NCBI GenBank assembly: GCA_973895155.1
Contig: OZ316892.1
Coordinates: 23,413,168-23,477,167, forward strand
Direction: 5' to 3'
DNA: 64,000 bases
Origin: Marsupella aquatica
Taxonomy: Eukaryota; Plantae; Marchantiophyta
Made by a program: the position numbers and the translations under genes. This document shows positions 23,718-36,958 of the stretch, piece by piece. The stretch's first letter is position 1. Each line of letters opens with the position of its first letter. The notes beneath the pieces are model-generated. The model saw nothing but the letters and a program-made list of their open reading frames with translations, was not told the origin of the DNA and did no database searches.

Positions 23718-25047
23718 GCGGAATTTTGTTAGCCGCTGTTTTGAAGGCATTTTACGATCACAATGGCGTTTTGTATGTTTCTTAGTAGCACTTTGCTCGA
23801 AGATTCTCATGAGACCATTAAGACTAGACCTTTCTTAGTAGCCACAGCTTCTATATAGATTAGACACTTGGATTTGCAGTTCTACTTGCGGATTGTGAAC
23901 AGTTGCTTCAGCATTTGCATCTCCTGAGTTTATATCGTAGTAAAGCGGGATGTACGGACAAAATGATGCGAAAGCAACTGGTTTGAACTTGTTTGTACAC
24001 CGTGTGGGCCTAAATTTTTTATTGTTTTTGCCCATTAAAAATTCTGACCCAATAATCTTGCCAAACTTTTTTTTTCCCAATATTCGCCATGTAGCATTGC
24101 CACAAGTGTTCAATTTGTGTCCGCCAATGCATTTTTTTCTCGCGAATTTATGGCTGACTGCTACAGAAGGCAGAAAGGAAAAGATTGAGACTCGCTAAAA
24201 CTCTGGTGCGACTGACTGCTACCGAAGGCAGAAAGGAAAAGATTGGGACTCCCTAATACTCTAGTGTGTGCACCCTCAAGTGTCCGGAACAGAGTCCGGA
24301 ACATTATTGAAACCGAAGGTTGTGAATCTACCCTAGCAATTGGTCATGTGGGATTCTGATAATAACTCAAACACAAAGCAATATAGTTTAGATGGCATCA
24401 TGGAAAGTATTCTTAAATGAGGGGCAAACACAATTGTTATAGCCCATTTGATTTCATTCACAGCCCTGGATACTCTCCTCGTGCCGCGTACTGTAGAGTC
24501 CTTTAAACAGAGGAGGCCCTGCTTTCGAACGCCACAGTCCTCCAAACTCAAAACAGCAAAGAGGGGATCAACGTTCAGGGAGCGGTGCCACGCAAGCCGG
24601 CCACTTGGTAGGAAACAAAACCTTACACCCGCGCCACTTTACAGCAAGTAAATGAAGCATAAAACAAAACTAAGAACAAGTCCTACGTTTATTAACGATG
24701 ATTGCTTACTCCCGCGGAACTTTACACAAAGTAAAGCGTAAACGAAAACTGACAACGAGTCCTACGTTTAACGATTACTGCTTACACCCGCGCCACTTTA
24801 CACAAAGTAAAGCGTCCACAAAACTGCGAACGAGTCGTACATTAGACGATGACTCCGACCAAATGACGAAGGAAACACCTTCACAGGGATCTTTCACATC
24901 CCTTTCAGCAAACAGACCCAACTTGTCTTTGAAGCGAAACGCAATTCTTCCGCTCTGAAGTCCACACTACTGTTTCGTTTGGGGATAGTATTTGTGGTCG
25001 ATAGATGCCACTCTTGAGAGGAAACTTCACCATTCTGACTCCGTGCC

Positions 25048-25853
25048 ATGGAAGCTTGTTTAAGAGTGGCTGACTGGAAAATCTGTGCTATATGCACAAG
25101 AAGCTATCTCAAAAGGTCCACCTCAATTTCATCCCGATCACGGTCCCGATCACGGTGTCTTGAATGCTTAGAAGTTGAACTGAGGAAGCAGGAGCCTCAG
25201 CTAGATATGTTGAAGCGAAAGCTGAATTTTCTAGGCTATCGGTTCGACAATGATGCAGAAAGGGGCGATATAAGGATCATAGTGGGAGACAGAAAGGATG
25301 AGCCCCTATTTGCTTACAAACTGATACTGGTCTGTGATCCAATCCTGTGATGATATGCTCATTTTGTGGTTTTCTCATTTTGCGCTTTCAAGAAGTAGAA
25401 TTAATATAGCTTGAAGTACATGAGGCCCGATGTTGATTTATAATTAATCTCCTGACTTTTTTTTCGTGACAAAAATGGCAGTCCAGCAAATCATCCGTAC
25501 TCGATAAGATGTTCAAGTCCAAGATGCTGGAGGAGCTGACAGGAACAATTCGTATTGAAGATGCTTCGCTTGAAGCCATACAAGCAATGGTTACGTTCTG
25601 CTACGTTGCTGAAGTAGATTTCACTAAGGCGCCTGCCGAAGAGGTAGTGGAAGTCGCCCATAAATATGACATTTCTATTCTCCAAGACATATGTGAGGAC
25701 CATCTCGCCAGAACACTTAACAGAGAGAACCTGCCAAAGAGGATGGTGATTGCTAAGAAGTTTGACTCTCATGTTATCACAAGAGCGGCCTCGAGGTTTT
25801 GCAGCGAAAATCATGACAACAGTTTTCAGGATAATACGTCGACATTTTCTTAG
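25048..25853 (+). CDS. BTB/POZ protein type B, copy B1; join(25048..25329,25482..25853)
   Basis: N-terminal CxxC...CxxC, DIRIIVGD...AYKLIL|SSKSSVLDKMF, IRIEDAS, FCY, AHKYDI...CEDHL. GT-AG phase-0 intron. Architecture resembles the At1g01640/At3g56230-type BTB proteins. Confidence 0.85.
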
Positions 25854-26610
25854 CCACAGGTTTAAGAAATTTTACGATGAGGAGAGCCTTTTGTATGTCT
25901 CTTGTTGTGTCGACGTACTTCTTATGCGACATAAGACAAACATCGCTCCCTCTCTCACAATACCTGCCATGTATCTCCAACTAAACCTCTCGTGAAGGCA
26001 TACTTGTACTTGTCTGAGATGAAAGGGTGCGCATGCAGGTAGTGTATGTATATTCAAAATGGCTTTGTTATGGAAATGTTACAAAGATTACGTACCCAAG
26101 TTGCCCAGACCCTGCGGTCAGAAAGCACTGGGACTTTTCAGATTCCGATCACTAATTTAGATTCGCGGTCACAACTTATACATGCATGTTTTCAGCAAAT
26201 TGTAAGAGCCCTTAAGCAGGTTCTAAATTGAGCCCAGCGACCAATTTTATGCACTGTCAACCATCTCCGGAAGTCGGGTCCACTCCACAGAGAGAAAGGT
26301 GTCTCGTTAATAGATCAATTTGGGAGAACTTTTCACCTGAATGGTCGCGGCCTGGCACTCTTGCAGCCTAGAAGTAGAAACGGTGTTTGCAGTTGTTGGC
26401 TTTATTTAGAGTGCCGCGGACGACGACAGAATAAGTACGTAGCGGTTACGAGAGCCTAAAATGGAGGGAGATCAATGGACAAAATTGCTAACCTAAATCT
26501 AAGAGCTAATTACACTCCCGTAAAGCAAGCACAACAGACAACAGACGTGCGGCGCGCGCCTGAACTACAAAGAATCCTAAGGTCATATATTTGCGTCCTG
26601 TCACCAGTAC

Positions 26611-26770
26611 TTCGTCTACCTAGCTTACTAGTAACGCGGAGGTTCCCAACAGGTTCCGCATGGGATAGTTTTGAGAGTTCGATAGTTTCGTCTACCTAGC
26701 TTACTAGTAACGCAGAGGTTTCCAACAGGTTTCTCTTGGGATAGTTTTTGAGTCATCGATAATTTTGAGT
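26611..26770 (+). repeat. ~77-bp minisatellite (2 units) upstream of truncated BTB copy A2
   Basis: Same unit as at 22705 and 34463. Confidence 0.8.
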
Positions 26771-26903
26771 CCGGAGAAGGAACTCAACCATTGTAAGGTA
26801 GTGCAGGGAATCTCGTTCGTGATCTTGTTTGGAAATATTCATTGCCAAACTGTATTACATGCGAAAGAAAACGGAAGTCCTTGTTCACTCAAAGCCAATC
26901 GTC

Positions 26904-26977
26904 ATGTCGGAGAGTGTGCTAGCTAGATATGTGCCAGCGAAAGCTGAGGTTGTTAGGTTACAAGTTTGACAATGATG
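26904..26977 (+). pseudogene. Truncated exon 1 of type A BTB gene (A2) fused to the type B upstream region
   Basis: atgtcggagag...gtttgacaatgatg runs directly into acgaaggaaacaccttcacag, which is type B upstream sequence (compare 24862). Confidence 0.75.
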
Positions 26978-27124
26978 ACGAAGGAAACACCTTCACAGCG
27001 AACTTGTTTTTGAAGCGAAACGCATTTCTTCTGCTCTGAAGTCCACGCTACTGGTTTTGGGATAGTATTTGTGGTGGATACATGTCACTCCTGAGAGGGA
27101 ACTTCACCATTCTGACTCCGTGCC

Positions 27125-27915
27125 ATGGAAGCTTGTTTAAGAGTGGCTGACTGGAAAATCTGCGCTACATGCAGAAGAAGCTATCTCAAAAGGTCCGACT
27201 CAATTTCATCCGTATCACGGTGTCTTGATTGCGTAGAAGTTGAACTGAGGAAGCAGGAGGCTCAGCTCGATATGTTTAAGCGAAAGCTGAATTTTCTAGG
27301 CTATCGGTTCGACAATGATGCAGAAAGAGGCGATATAAGGATCATAGCGGGAGACAGAAAAGATGAACCCCTATTTGCTCACAAACTGATACTGGTCTGT
27401 GATCCAATCCTGTGATGATATGCTCATTTTGTGATTTGCTCATTTTGCGCTTTCAAGAAGTAGACTTATAGCTTGAAGTACATGAGGCCCGATGTTGATT
27501 TATAATTGATCTCCTGACTTTTTTTTCGTGACAAAAATGGCAGTCCAGCAAATCATCCGTACTCGATAAGATGTTCAAGTCCAAGATGCTGGAGGAGCGG
27601 ACAGGAACAATTCGTATTAAAGATGCTTCTCTTGAAGCCATACAAGCAATGATTCTGTTCTGCTATGTTGCTGAAGTAGATTTCACTAAAGCCCTTGCCG
27701 AAGAGGTACTGGAAGTCGCCCATAAATATGACATTTCTCTTCTCCAAGATATATGTGAGGACCATCTGGCCACAACACTTGACAGAGAGAACCTGCCAAA
27801 GAGGATGGTGATTGCTAAGAAGTTTGACTCTCATGTTATCACAAGAGCGGCCTTGAGGTTTTTGAGCGAAAATTGTGACAATAGTTTTCAGGATTTTTTG
27901 TCCACATTTTGTTAG
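27125..27915 (+). CDS. BTB/POZ protein type B, copy B2; join(27125..27394,27544..27915)
   Basis: Intact paralog of B1 with AHKLIL|SSKSSVLDKMF and a GT-AG phase-0 intron. Confidence 0.87.
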
Positions 27916-28659
27916 CCACAGTTTCAAGAAATTTTAGGATGAGGAGAGCCTTTGTATGTCTTTTGTTAGTACTTTGCCTGTAGCTTTTGATGAGACTACC
28001 GAGATCTCGACCCTTCTGAGCAGCCATCGGTTCCCAGCTTCTGTTGGAACCATTCGAATACAAGCAAATGTACATAGCTCTATCGAAGTTGTTCAATTTT
28101 CCCCGCCAAGTCTATACTCCCTATACGTGTTTCCAATTGCCATAGGAAGACGGACGCGTCACGAGCATCTTCCTGTTGTTGTAAGGATATATATGGTGAA
28201 CACCCCATGGTTACCGTCAGTTTGATTTTCCTCTGGTCTACCATTGCTGTCGGGCATTTTGAAACTCTTCACCCGGATGGTGACCAATGGCTTCAGCATT
28301 TGCACGTCATCTGACTTCATGGTTTAATTCGATGATTTTGCCCTCAATTAGGATAGCAGATTTTGAGGTACTCGAGTTTGGATAGATATATATTTTACGT
28401 TGCAAGTTTTGGCTTAATTGATATGATCCAGAGAATTTAATTTACAATCAACTGGTTTCAAGTTGTTTTACACCATTTTGGTCAAATATTGTTGTCAATT
28501 TAGAATATCAGCGGAGTCGTACAAGAAACATGTCAGTAGAGTCCTATAAGAAGTAGGTCGACTGTCCAAGAACTAATCCGATTTAACGTCGCATAACATT
28601 TGCCCTCTTCCAAAGGTAGTGTCCAATCTCTCACCGTTTTGACCTCTCATATATCAAAC

Positions 28660-28824
28660 GCTAGATTTGCTTCCAAGCTTGCCTGGAGCAGAGGAAGGGA
28701 AGTGGCGGCTTCAACTAATCGTGTTCAGAGGTCGAATTCATGCTAGATTTGCTTCCAAGCTTGCCCGGAGCAGAGGAAAGAAATTGGGGGCTTCAACTAA
28801 TCGTGGTCAGAGGTCGAATTCATG
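28660..28824 (+). repeat. 82-bp tandem duplication
   Basis: gctagatttgcttccaagcttgcc...gaggtcgaattcat occurs twice; single copy in the paralogous region near 32223. Confidence 0.8.
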
Positions 28825-31387
28825 CGAAATTGCTTCAGAGTGACCAAGTAGCGACACCATTACAGTTTTGGTGCTGTTTCCACCCCGGAAAATTTCTTAG
28901 ATCAACCTTTAGAACTAGCTTCACCACAGGTCTGCTTCGACCCTCATGGTGAGAAAGTAGCCAGCACCTCTCGAGTTTTTTTGGTGGAGGCTAGATCTAG
29001 GGTGTCAAATGTTTGCACCTAGCCCCGTTCTTCATTTTTTCGATATGTTTAGTAAAGTCAAGAATCATCAATTCGTCGTACTTCGGACAATTGACCAAAG
29101 CCCGGGCCCGCGTGGCTGTGATACCCTGCAGGATGCTGGAAGGTTCAGATTGCCGAGTTCGTCTGGTTGATCGTCTTTCGGTTTCACGGCACAAAAACCA
29201 AAAAACAAAGTAAATTAACGATTGTTCGATCTCGAGGTTTACGAGAAACCTGTTGCTGCCAGAGTCGAACTCATTTTATTCGAACAAAATCTTCTTATTT
29301 TAGGTCCATGTTTTCCGGCATTGTAACGTGCCACTGAAAATGAAGGTTCAGAAAATAAAACATATCTACACATCTTGGCATCTTTTTGACGTGTACGACC
29401 TCTTTTCCACTGTTGGATCAAGCTGCGGGTCCCTAAATGTTGCTTGTGTGACTTTTCAAATATTAATAATTACTTGCCAATGCAAATACAAACTATAGAG
29501 GGTGTGAAATTCAAAAGAGAATAGAGTTCTTGATAACTGGCAAAATAATATGTGACTCATGATCGATGTATTAGGTGCATGCTACAAGGACAGAGTTTCA
29601 GTCCTTTGGTCAAGTACACAAGCAGAAATTAGTTCGTGGACCCCTTGGCTAATAAAATCCGGGGAAGAGTCTATCTGAGTCCTCTTCATTTCTTATCTTC
29701 GGAAATCTCGTCCGTCCATCATAATGGCCAATCTATGGCTCAAAAGAAAGATTTCAAACAGATCTATGGATGGGATCTGTCCGTTTTGCAAATGAGTTAA
29801 TTAACCCCATTCTCACTCATTTTCTCACCCTCTCCCTTTTACAAAGAACTCTATTATGTAAGGTGTAATTATAGTAAGTTTTCTATTTGGAGAACAGTCT
29901 TACTAAAATAGGAAATATTCTATAGAGAACAATAAGATTAGGGTTAGGGTGATTGTGGTCACATTTATTTTCTTTTTGTAATCTCTGGATTTTGTGTCAA
30001 TAAACATTATTACAAAACAGGAGGAGGAGACTAATATTAATATCAAAATTCCCCCCAAGACCATACATAGAGTTTCTTAATTCTATTATTTTTAGCGGGG
30101 AGCTATTCCCTCTTTGCTCTGTTTTTTTGTGAGGGTAGTTTTTGTGGGGATTGGTTGTTGTGTTGTGACAGAATGGGGGAGGTGTAGGGGAGTCATTATT
30201 TAATATGTTGCTTCTTTACATCTTTGCTTAAATTTCTTCCCTTGGATTGGGCCAAGCCCAATTCTGGATATAGTTTTCTATGCTTTTCCAATGTTTTCCC
30301 CTCTCTCTTATCTCTTTAGTTTTTCAACATATTTCCTGCACAACGTCTTTAATTTCCACTTGACACAGTTTTTGCTTGACATGTTTTTTGACAACTTACC
30401 CACCAAATCACACTTTTGCTCTACATCTTTTTCACATCAGACAGTTTCTCCACTTGGCATCAAGTATAATAATGTGTGATCCAGCCAATTTGCGCAAGGG
30501 GGATGGTAAATTTATAAAAAAAAAGGGACACGATCCTGATCATCCCCTACAAATATATTTGATTCCACTGTTGGATCAAGCTCAAAGACCGGGTCTGCGT
30601 CCCTTCATGTCCTGCCTTGACAAGACATGAAACAGTTGCTAGCCTCAAACTTCTTCTCTTTTTGCCCATTAAAAATTCTGACCTATTATCTTGCCAATTT
30701 GTTTTTCCCAATATTCGCCATATATCATGGCCACAAGTTTTTGAAACTACCATAGTAATTGGTCAAGTGGGGTCAGTACCCAAAGACAAAGCAATATATT
30801 TTAGATGGCATCATGGAAAGTATTCTTAATTGAGGGCAAACACACTTGCTCATAGCCCATGCTTTCGAACGCCACCGTCCTCAAACTCAAAACCGCTAAG
30901 AGGGGATCAACGTTCAGGGAGCGGTGCCACGCAAGCTGGTCACTTGGTGGGAAACAAAACCTTACACCCGCGCCACTTGACAGCAAGTAAATAAAGCATA
31001 AAAAAAAACTAAGAACAAGTCCTACGTTTATTAACGATGATTGCTTACTCCCGCGGTACTTTACACAAAGTAAAGCGTAAACGAAAACTGACCACGAGTC
31101 CTACGTTTAACGATTACTGCTTACACCCGCGCCACTTTACACAAAGTAAAGCGTCCACAAAACTGCGAACGAGTCGTACATTAGACGATGACTCCGACCA
31201 AATGACGAAGGAAATACCTTCACAGGGATCTTTCACATCCCTTTCAGCAAACAGACCCAACTTGTCTTTGAAGCGAAACGCATTTCTTCCGCTCTGAAGT
31301 CCACACTACTGGTTTCGTTTGGGGATAGTATTTGTGGTCGATAGACGCCACTCCTGAGAGGAAACTTCACCATTCTGACTTAGTGCC

Positions 31388-32166
31388 ATGGACTCTTGTT
31401 TACCAACGGCTGACTGGAAAATCTGTGCTACATGCACAAGAAGCTATCTCAAAAGGTCCGACTCAATTTCACCCGGATCACGGTGTCTTGAATGTTCAGA
31501 AGATGCACTCAGGCAGCAGGAGGCTCAGCTAGATATGTTCCAGCGAAAGCTGAATTTCCTAGGGTATCGGTTCTACAATGATGCAGAAAGAGGCGATACA
31601 AGTATCATAGTGGGAAACAGAAAAGATGAGCCCCTATTTGCTCACAAACTGATACTGGTCTGTAATCCAATCCTGTGATGATATACTCATTTGGTGATTT
31701 GCTCGTTTTGCGCTTTCAAGAAGTAGACTAATAGCTTGAAGTCCGTGAGGCCCGATGTTGATTTATAATTAATCTCCTGACTACTTTTTTTCCTGACAAA
31801 AATGACAGTCCAGCAAATCCTCCGTACTCGATAAGATGTTCAAGTTCAAGATGCTGGAGGAACCGACAGGAACAATTCGTATTGAAGATGCTTCTCTTGA
31901 AGCCATACAAGCAATGATTAGGTTCTGCTACGTTGCTGAAGTAGATTTCACTAGAGCGCGTGCCGAAGAGGTACGAGAAGTCGCCCATAAATATGACATT
32001 TCTCTTCTCCAAGATATATGTGAGGACTATCTGGCCACAACAGTTAACAGAGAGGATGGTGATTGCAAGAAAGTTTGACTCTCATGTTATCACAAGGGCG
32101 GCCTCGAGGTTTTTCAGCGAAAATCATGACAACAGTTTTGAGGATAATATGTCGAACATTCAGTTA
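31388..32166 (+). pseudogene. BTB/POZ protein type B, copy B3, frameshifted; exons 31388..31657 and 31809 onward
   Basis: Paralog of B1/B2. A 14-nt deletion (aacctgccaaagag) between AGAG microhomologies near 32052 shifts the frame to a stop at 32078. Confidence 0.8.
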
Positions 32167-34462
32167 GCAACAGGTTTAAGACATTTTACGATGAGGAGAG
32201 CCGTTTTGAGCTCTCATCAAACGCTAGATTTGCTTCCAAGCTTGCCTGGGGCAGAGGAAAGGAATTGGCGGCTTCAACTAATCGTGTTCAGAGGTCGAAT
32301 TCATGCGAAATTGCTTCAGAATGACCAAGTAGCGACACCATTACAGTTTTGGTGCTCTTTTCACCCCGGAAAATTTCTTAGATCGACCTTTAGAACTAGC
32401 TTCACCACAGGTCTGCTTCGACCCTCATAGTGAGAAAGTAACCATCACCTCTCGAGTTTCTTTGGTGGACCCTAGATCTAGGGTGTGCAATGTTTGCAAC
32501 TAGCCCCGTTCTTCATTTTTTCGATATGTTTAGTAAAGTCGAGAATCATCAATTGGTCGTACTTCGGACAATTGACCAAAGCCCGGGTCCGCGTGACTGT
32601 GATACCCTGCAGGATGCTGGAAGGTTCAGATTGCCGAGTTCGTCTGGTTGATCGTCTTTCGGTTTCACGGCACAAAATTAACGATTGTTCGATCTCGAGG
32701 TTTACGAGAAACCTGTTGCTAGCTGCCAGGGTCGAACTCATTTTATTCTAACAAAATCTTCTTATTTTAGGTCCATGTTTTCCGGCATTGTAACGTGCCA
32801 CTGTGAATATGAAGTTTCAGAATATAAAACATATCTACAAATCTTGGCATCTTTTTGACGTGCGACCTCTTGACGTCACGGTACTCTCACTTGAGTCTCC
32901 TTCTTTATCATGATATTATCAGACTTCCTAACAGGCTCAGTTAATTTTTCCCCTGTTCTAGCTAAGTGCGTTTTGCTTGTCATATCTTTTCTAAAGTATT
33001 GCATATATCTAAGAAGGGTTCTCAGCCTTGTGTAGTTCGGTCAGCGGATCGGATCATGTACGTCTGATCGACTCAAGATAGCAAGAATGATTTTGTCACA
33101 CAAGTTTCCGGAAATCATTTATACCTGTGGGAATGATACGCAGATCTAACAGTTGCTCATGCACGAAAACTACGGGTATTATCTCGATCTTAATAAGACA
33201 AACATTGCTCCCTCTCTGTCGCAATACCTCCCATGTATCTCCAACTAAATCTCTCGTGAAGGGATACTTGTACTTGTCTGAGATGAAAGGGTGCGCGTGC
33301 AGGTAGTGTATATATATTCAAAATTGCTTTGTACTGGTGAGGCTTAAGCGGTTAGACGTCCGAAAGAGAGGCAATTTAAAGCGAGCTTGGAGTTTGCATG
33401 AGTGATCGAAGATTTATTCTGATAAAATGGCGTGTAAAGAGAGAAAATTTTAACTTAAATGCCATGGGTCGTTAGAGTTGGATTGATAGAGTCCGCTTTT
33501 CCGACTAGCGGTAGGTGCAGAGTACTTGGAGTTTCTGTCACCAGATTTCGAAGACTTTTTGAAAGGATCTACAGGTGGAAAGCGAAATAGCTGTAACATT
33601 CTATCCTATGTCGATCACTAGCTAGAATCATGATCGAGGTATATCTCTTTCGCCTGACAACTAGTAGCCACACGCAGTAGCATTTTTACATCTGAATTCA
33701 CATATCAGCGGAGCAACACTGACTGCTTGCCATCGAATGGGCCGCAGTCTACATGACTGATCGACATGTTAGTGTTGCCAACAATACTAGCAACTTCAAC
33801 AATACCAGCAACTGTGATATCTTCACCGCAACTTCAAATAGTGCTTTGTTCTTAGTTTAAAAGAAAAGAGCCTTTTCTACAGGCCGGCCTTTCATCTGGC
33901 AGGTGGCTCCAGGTGTTTCGTCGGGTGGAAACGTTACAAAGATTACCCAAGTTGCCCAGACCCTGCGTTCAGAAAGCACTCAGACTTTTCAGATTCCGAT
34001 CACTAATTTAGATTCGCGGTCACACCTTATACATGCATGTTTCAGCAAAGTGTTAGAGCCCTTAAGCAGGTTCTAAATTGAGCCCAGCGACCAATTTTAT
34101 GCACTGTCAACCATCTCCGGAAGTCGGGTCCACTCCACAGAGAGAAAGCTTTCTCGTTCACAGATCAATTCGGGAGAACTTTTCACCTGAATGGCCGCGG
34201 CCTGGCACTCTTGCAGCCTAGAAGTAGAAACGGTGCCTAGAGTTGTTGTCTTTGTTTAGAGCGCCACGGATGACGACGGAATAAGTACGTAGCGGTCAGG
34301 AGAGCCTAAAATGGAGGGAGATCAATGGACAAAATTGCTAACCTAAATCTAAGAGCTAATTACACTCCCGTAAAGCAAGGACAACAGACAACAACAGACG
34401 TGCGGCGCACGCTTAACTACAAAGAATCCTGAGGTCATATATTTGCGTCCTGTCACCAGTAC

Positions 34463-34782
34463 TTCGTCTACCTAGCTTAATTACTAGTAACGCGGAGGTT
34501 TCCAACAGGTTTCGCTTGGGATAGTTTTGTGTGTTCGATACTTTTCGTCTACCTAGGTTACTAGTAACGCGGAGGTTTCCAACAGGTTCCGCTTGGGATA
34601 GTTAAAATGAGTGCTCGATACTTTTCGTCTACCTAGCTTACTAGTAACGGAGGTTTTCAACAGGTTCCGCTTGGGATAGTTTTGAGTGTTCGATAGTTTT
34701 CGTCTACCTAGCTTACTAGTAACGCGCGCGGAGGTCCAACAGGTTTCGCTTGGAATAGTTTTGAGTGTTCGATAATTTTCAG
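34463..34782 (+). repeat. ~77-bp minisatellite, 4 units, upstream of BTB copy A3
   Basis: Units start at about 34463, 34544, 34624 and 34699; each has palindrome TTACTAGTAA and a GCGGA...TCCGC-like stem. Confidence 0.9.
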
Positions 34783-34934
34783 TCCTGAGAAGGAACTCAA
34801 CCATTCTAAGGTAGTGCAGGGAACTCAACCATTCTAAGCTAGTGCAGGGAATCTCGTTCGCGATCTTGTTCATTTCCAAACTGTATTACATGCGAAACAA
34901 AACGGAAGTCCTTGTTCACTCAAAGCCAGTCGAT

Positions 34935-35687
34935 ATGTCGGAGAATGTGCTAGATATGTGCCAGCGAAAGCTGAGGTTATTAGGTTACCAGTTTGACAAT
35001 GATGCAGGGGAGCGAACAGGCGATACGATGATCATAGTCGGAGGCAACAGAGATGAGCCGATATTGGCTCACAAATCAGTACTGGTGTGTGATCCAGGAG
35101 CCCAATCCTCTGACTATTTGCTCGTTAATTCGCAGTTTCCTCTTTCAAGAAGCAAAATAGTTAATTTCCAAATAGCATGATAGAAGTCTCCATGTTGTAG
35201 CAATAGCTCTTCACAGCATGTACCGCAGAAGTAGATGAAGTCCTGCAATCCAAGTTACAGTCTAAAATTGATTTTTATGGCATTGACGTTTTGTCCCTGA
35301 GAAAATTGGCAGACAAGCGAATCAACAGTACTAAGTAAAACGTTCCAAGCCAAGACGGGGGAACAGCAGATAGGAGCACTTTATATCAATGATGCTTCTC
35401 TCAAAGCCATACGCGCAATGATTAGATTTTTCTACATTGCTGAAGTAGACTTCACTGAAGCTCCTGCCGAAGAGTTAGCGGAAGTCGCTCTTAAATATGA
35501 TGTTGCCCGTCTCCGGATGATATGTGAGGAACATCTAGCAAAAACAATTAACATAGAGAACATGACAAAGAGGTTGTTGTTTGCTAAGAAGTTTGACTCC
35601 TCTATTATCCTGGCAGCGGCTATAAAGTTCTTTAAAGCAAACTTTGACGATGCCCTTCCGGGTTTTATGTCGGAATGTTGTAAGTAG
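34935..35687 (+). CDS. BTB/POZ protein type A, copy A3; join(34935..35084,35313..35687)
   Basis: MSENVLDMCQRKLRLLGY...AHKSVL|TSESTVLSK...INDASLKAIRAMIRFFY...LKYDV...CEEHL; GT-AG phase-0 intron; open throughout. Confidence 0.82.
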
Positions 35688-36329
35688 TAGTTTTGAAGAA
35701 ATTTTATGATCAGAATAGCGTTTTGTATGTTTCTTAGTACCACTTTGCCTGTAGGTTTTCACGAGACCACTCAGATCTAGACCTTTCTTAGTAGCCATCT
35801 TCTAGGTTAGACAGTTGGATTTGCATTTCTACTTGCGGATAGGGAACAGCTGCTTCAGCATCAATTTCCATTTCAATCACCTGGCTTGATGTCGTATTCA
35901 TGTAAGGACAAAATGATCGAAATGATAAGTTTCAAATCCGAGAAACAATATTCTATATTGCAGGTTGTCGTGCCTTGAAACCTATTTTGGCCTAATTGGT
36001 ATGGTCCAGAGTACTTTCCAATCAACTGGTTTGAATTTGTTCTAAATTGTCAAAGTAGTTCCACTCAAACTCTCTATTGATTCGGAAACAACGGGTTAAT
36101 TTGAACTTGTTGTACACCTTCCTCTTTAACTCTGTTTCTGTTAGAAAACAACTGGTATTTACACATTGTGTGTCAACTACTTCATCTTGAGCTATGTTTT
36201 GATTTCAAATTTGCAGAGTTGGAGAGGAAGTACTTGGCCCACAAGGTACTTCCTGCACTTTGCATCAACGGACCATGATGACTAGTTTTTTCAAGTAGTT
36301 CAATGATTTTACTAATACATCTCAAATGC

Positions 36330-36958
36330 CCCCTAAGGCCACACACACTTTGCCCTAACGCTGGCCTCCTACAAACCGGGAGGGCAAGCCCCCACTCCTT
36401 GTCCCGGACTGCCCCACGCCTAGCTTGCCTCCTACAAATCAGGAGGGCCCGTGTCCTACCACACAGCAAGCCCCCACTCCTTGCCCCGGACTGCCCCACG
36501 CCTACCACCAATATATTTTAGGCTCACTAACCCATGCCTCCCACAAACCGGGAGGGCCCGTGTCCCGCCACGCAGCGAGCCCTCAATCCTTGCCCCGGAC
36601 TGCCCCACGCCTACCACCAATATATTTTAGACTCACTAACCCATGCCTCCTACAAACCGGGGCCGGGGGCCGTGTCCCACCACACATCAAGTCCCCACTC
36701 CTTGCCCTAGATTGCCCCATGCCTTCCACCAATAACCTACCACCAATATATTTTAGGTGCACTAAACCCATGCCTCTTACAAACCGGGAGGGCCCGCTGC
36801 ACACAGCAAGTCCCCACTACTTGCCCCAGACTCCCTCACATCTCGTACCAATATATTTTAGGCGCACTAACCCAAGCCTCCTACGACATGGGAGGGCCCG
36901 TGTCCTGCCCCACGGCAAGTCCCCACTCCTGGCCCTGGACTGCCCCACACCTACCACA
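36330..36958 (+). repeat. C-rich tandem repeat, about 5 diverged units of ~110-130 bp
   Basis: Repeated caatatattttagg-cactaacccatgcctc-acaaaccgggagggcccgtgtcc-ccccactccttgccccggactgccccac; absent from the paralogous block near 57720. Confidence 0.85.

Noticed and set aside
31960-32430. 156-aa ORF as a separate gene
   Set aside because: It is the shifted C-terminal frame of BTB B3 running into repeated non-coding DNA.
34463-34782. 77-bp repeats with internal palindromes as a CRISPR array
   Set aside because: Units are contiguous with no unique spacers, no cas genes are present, and the context is eukaryotic.
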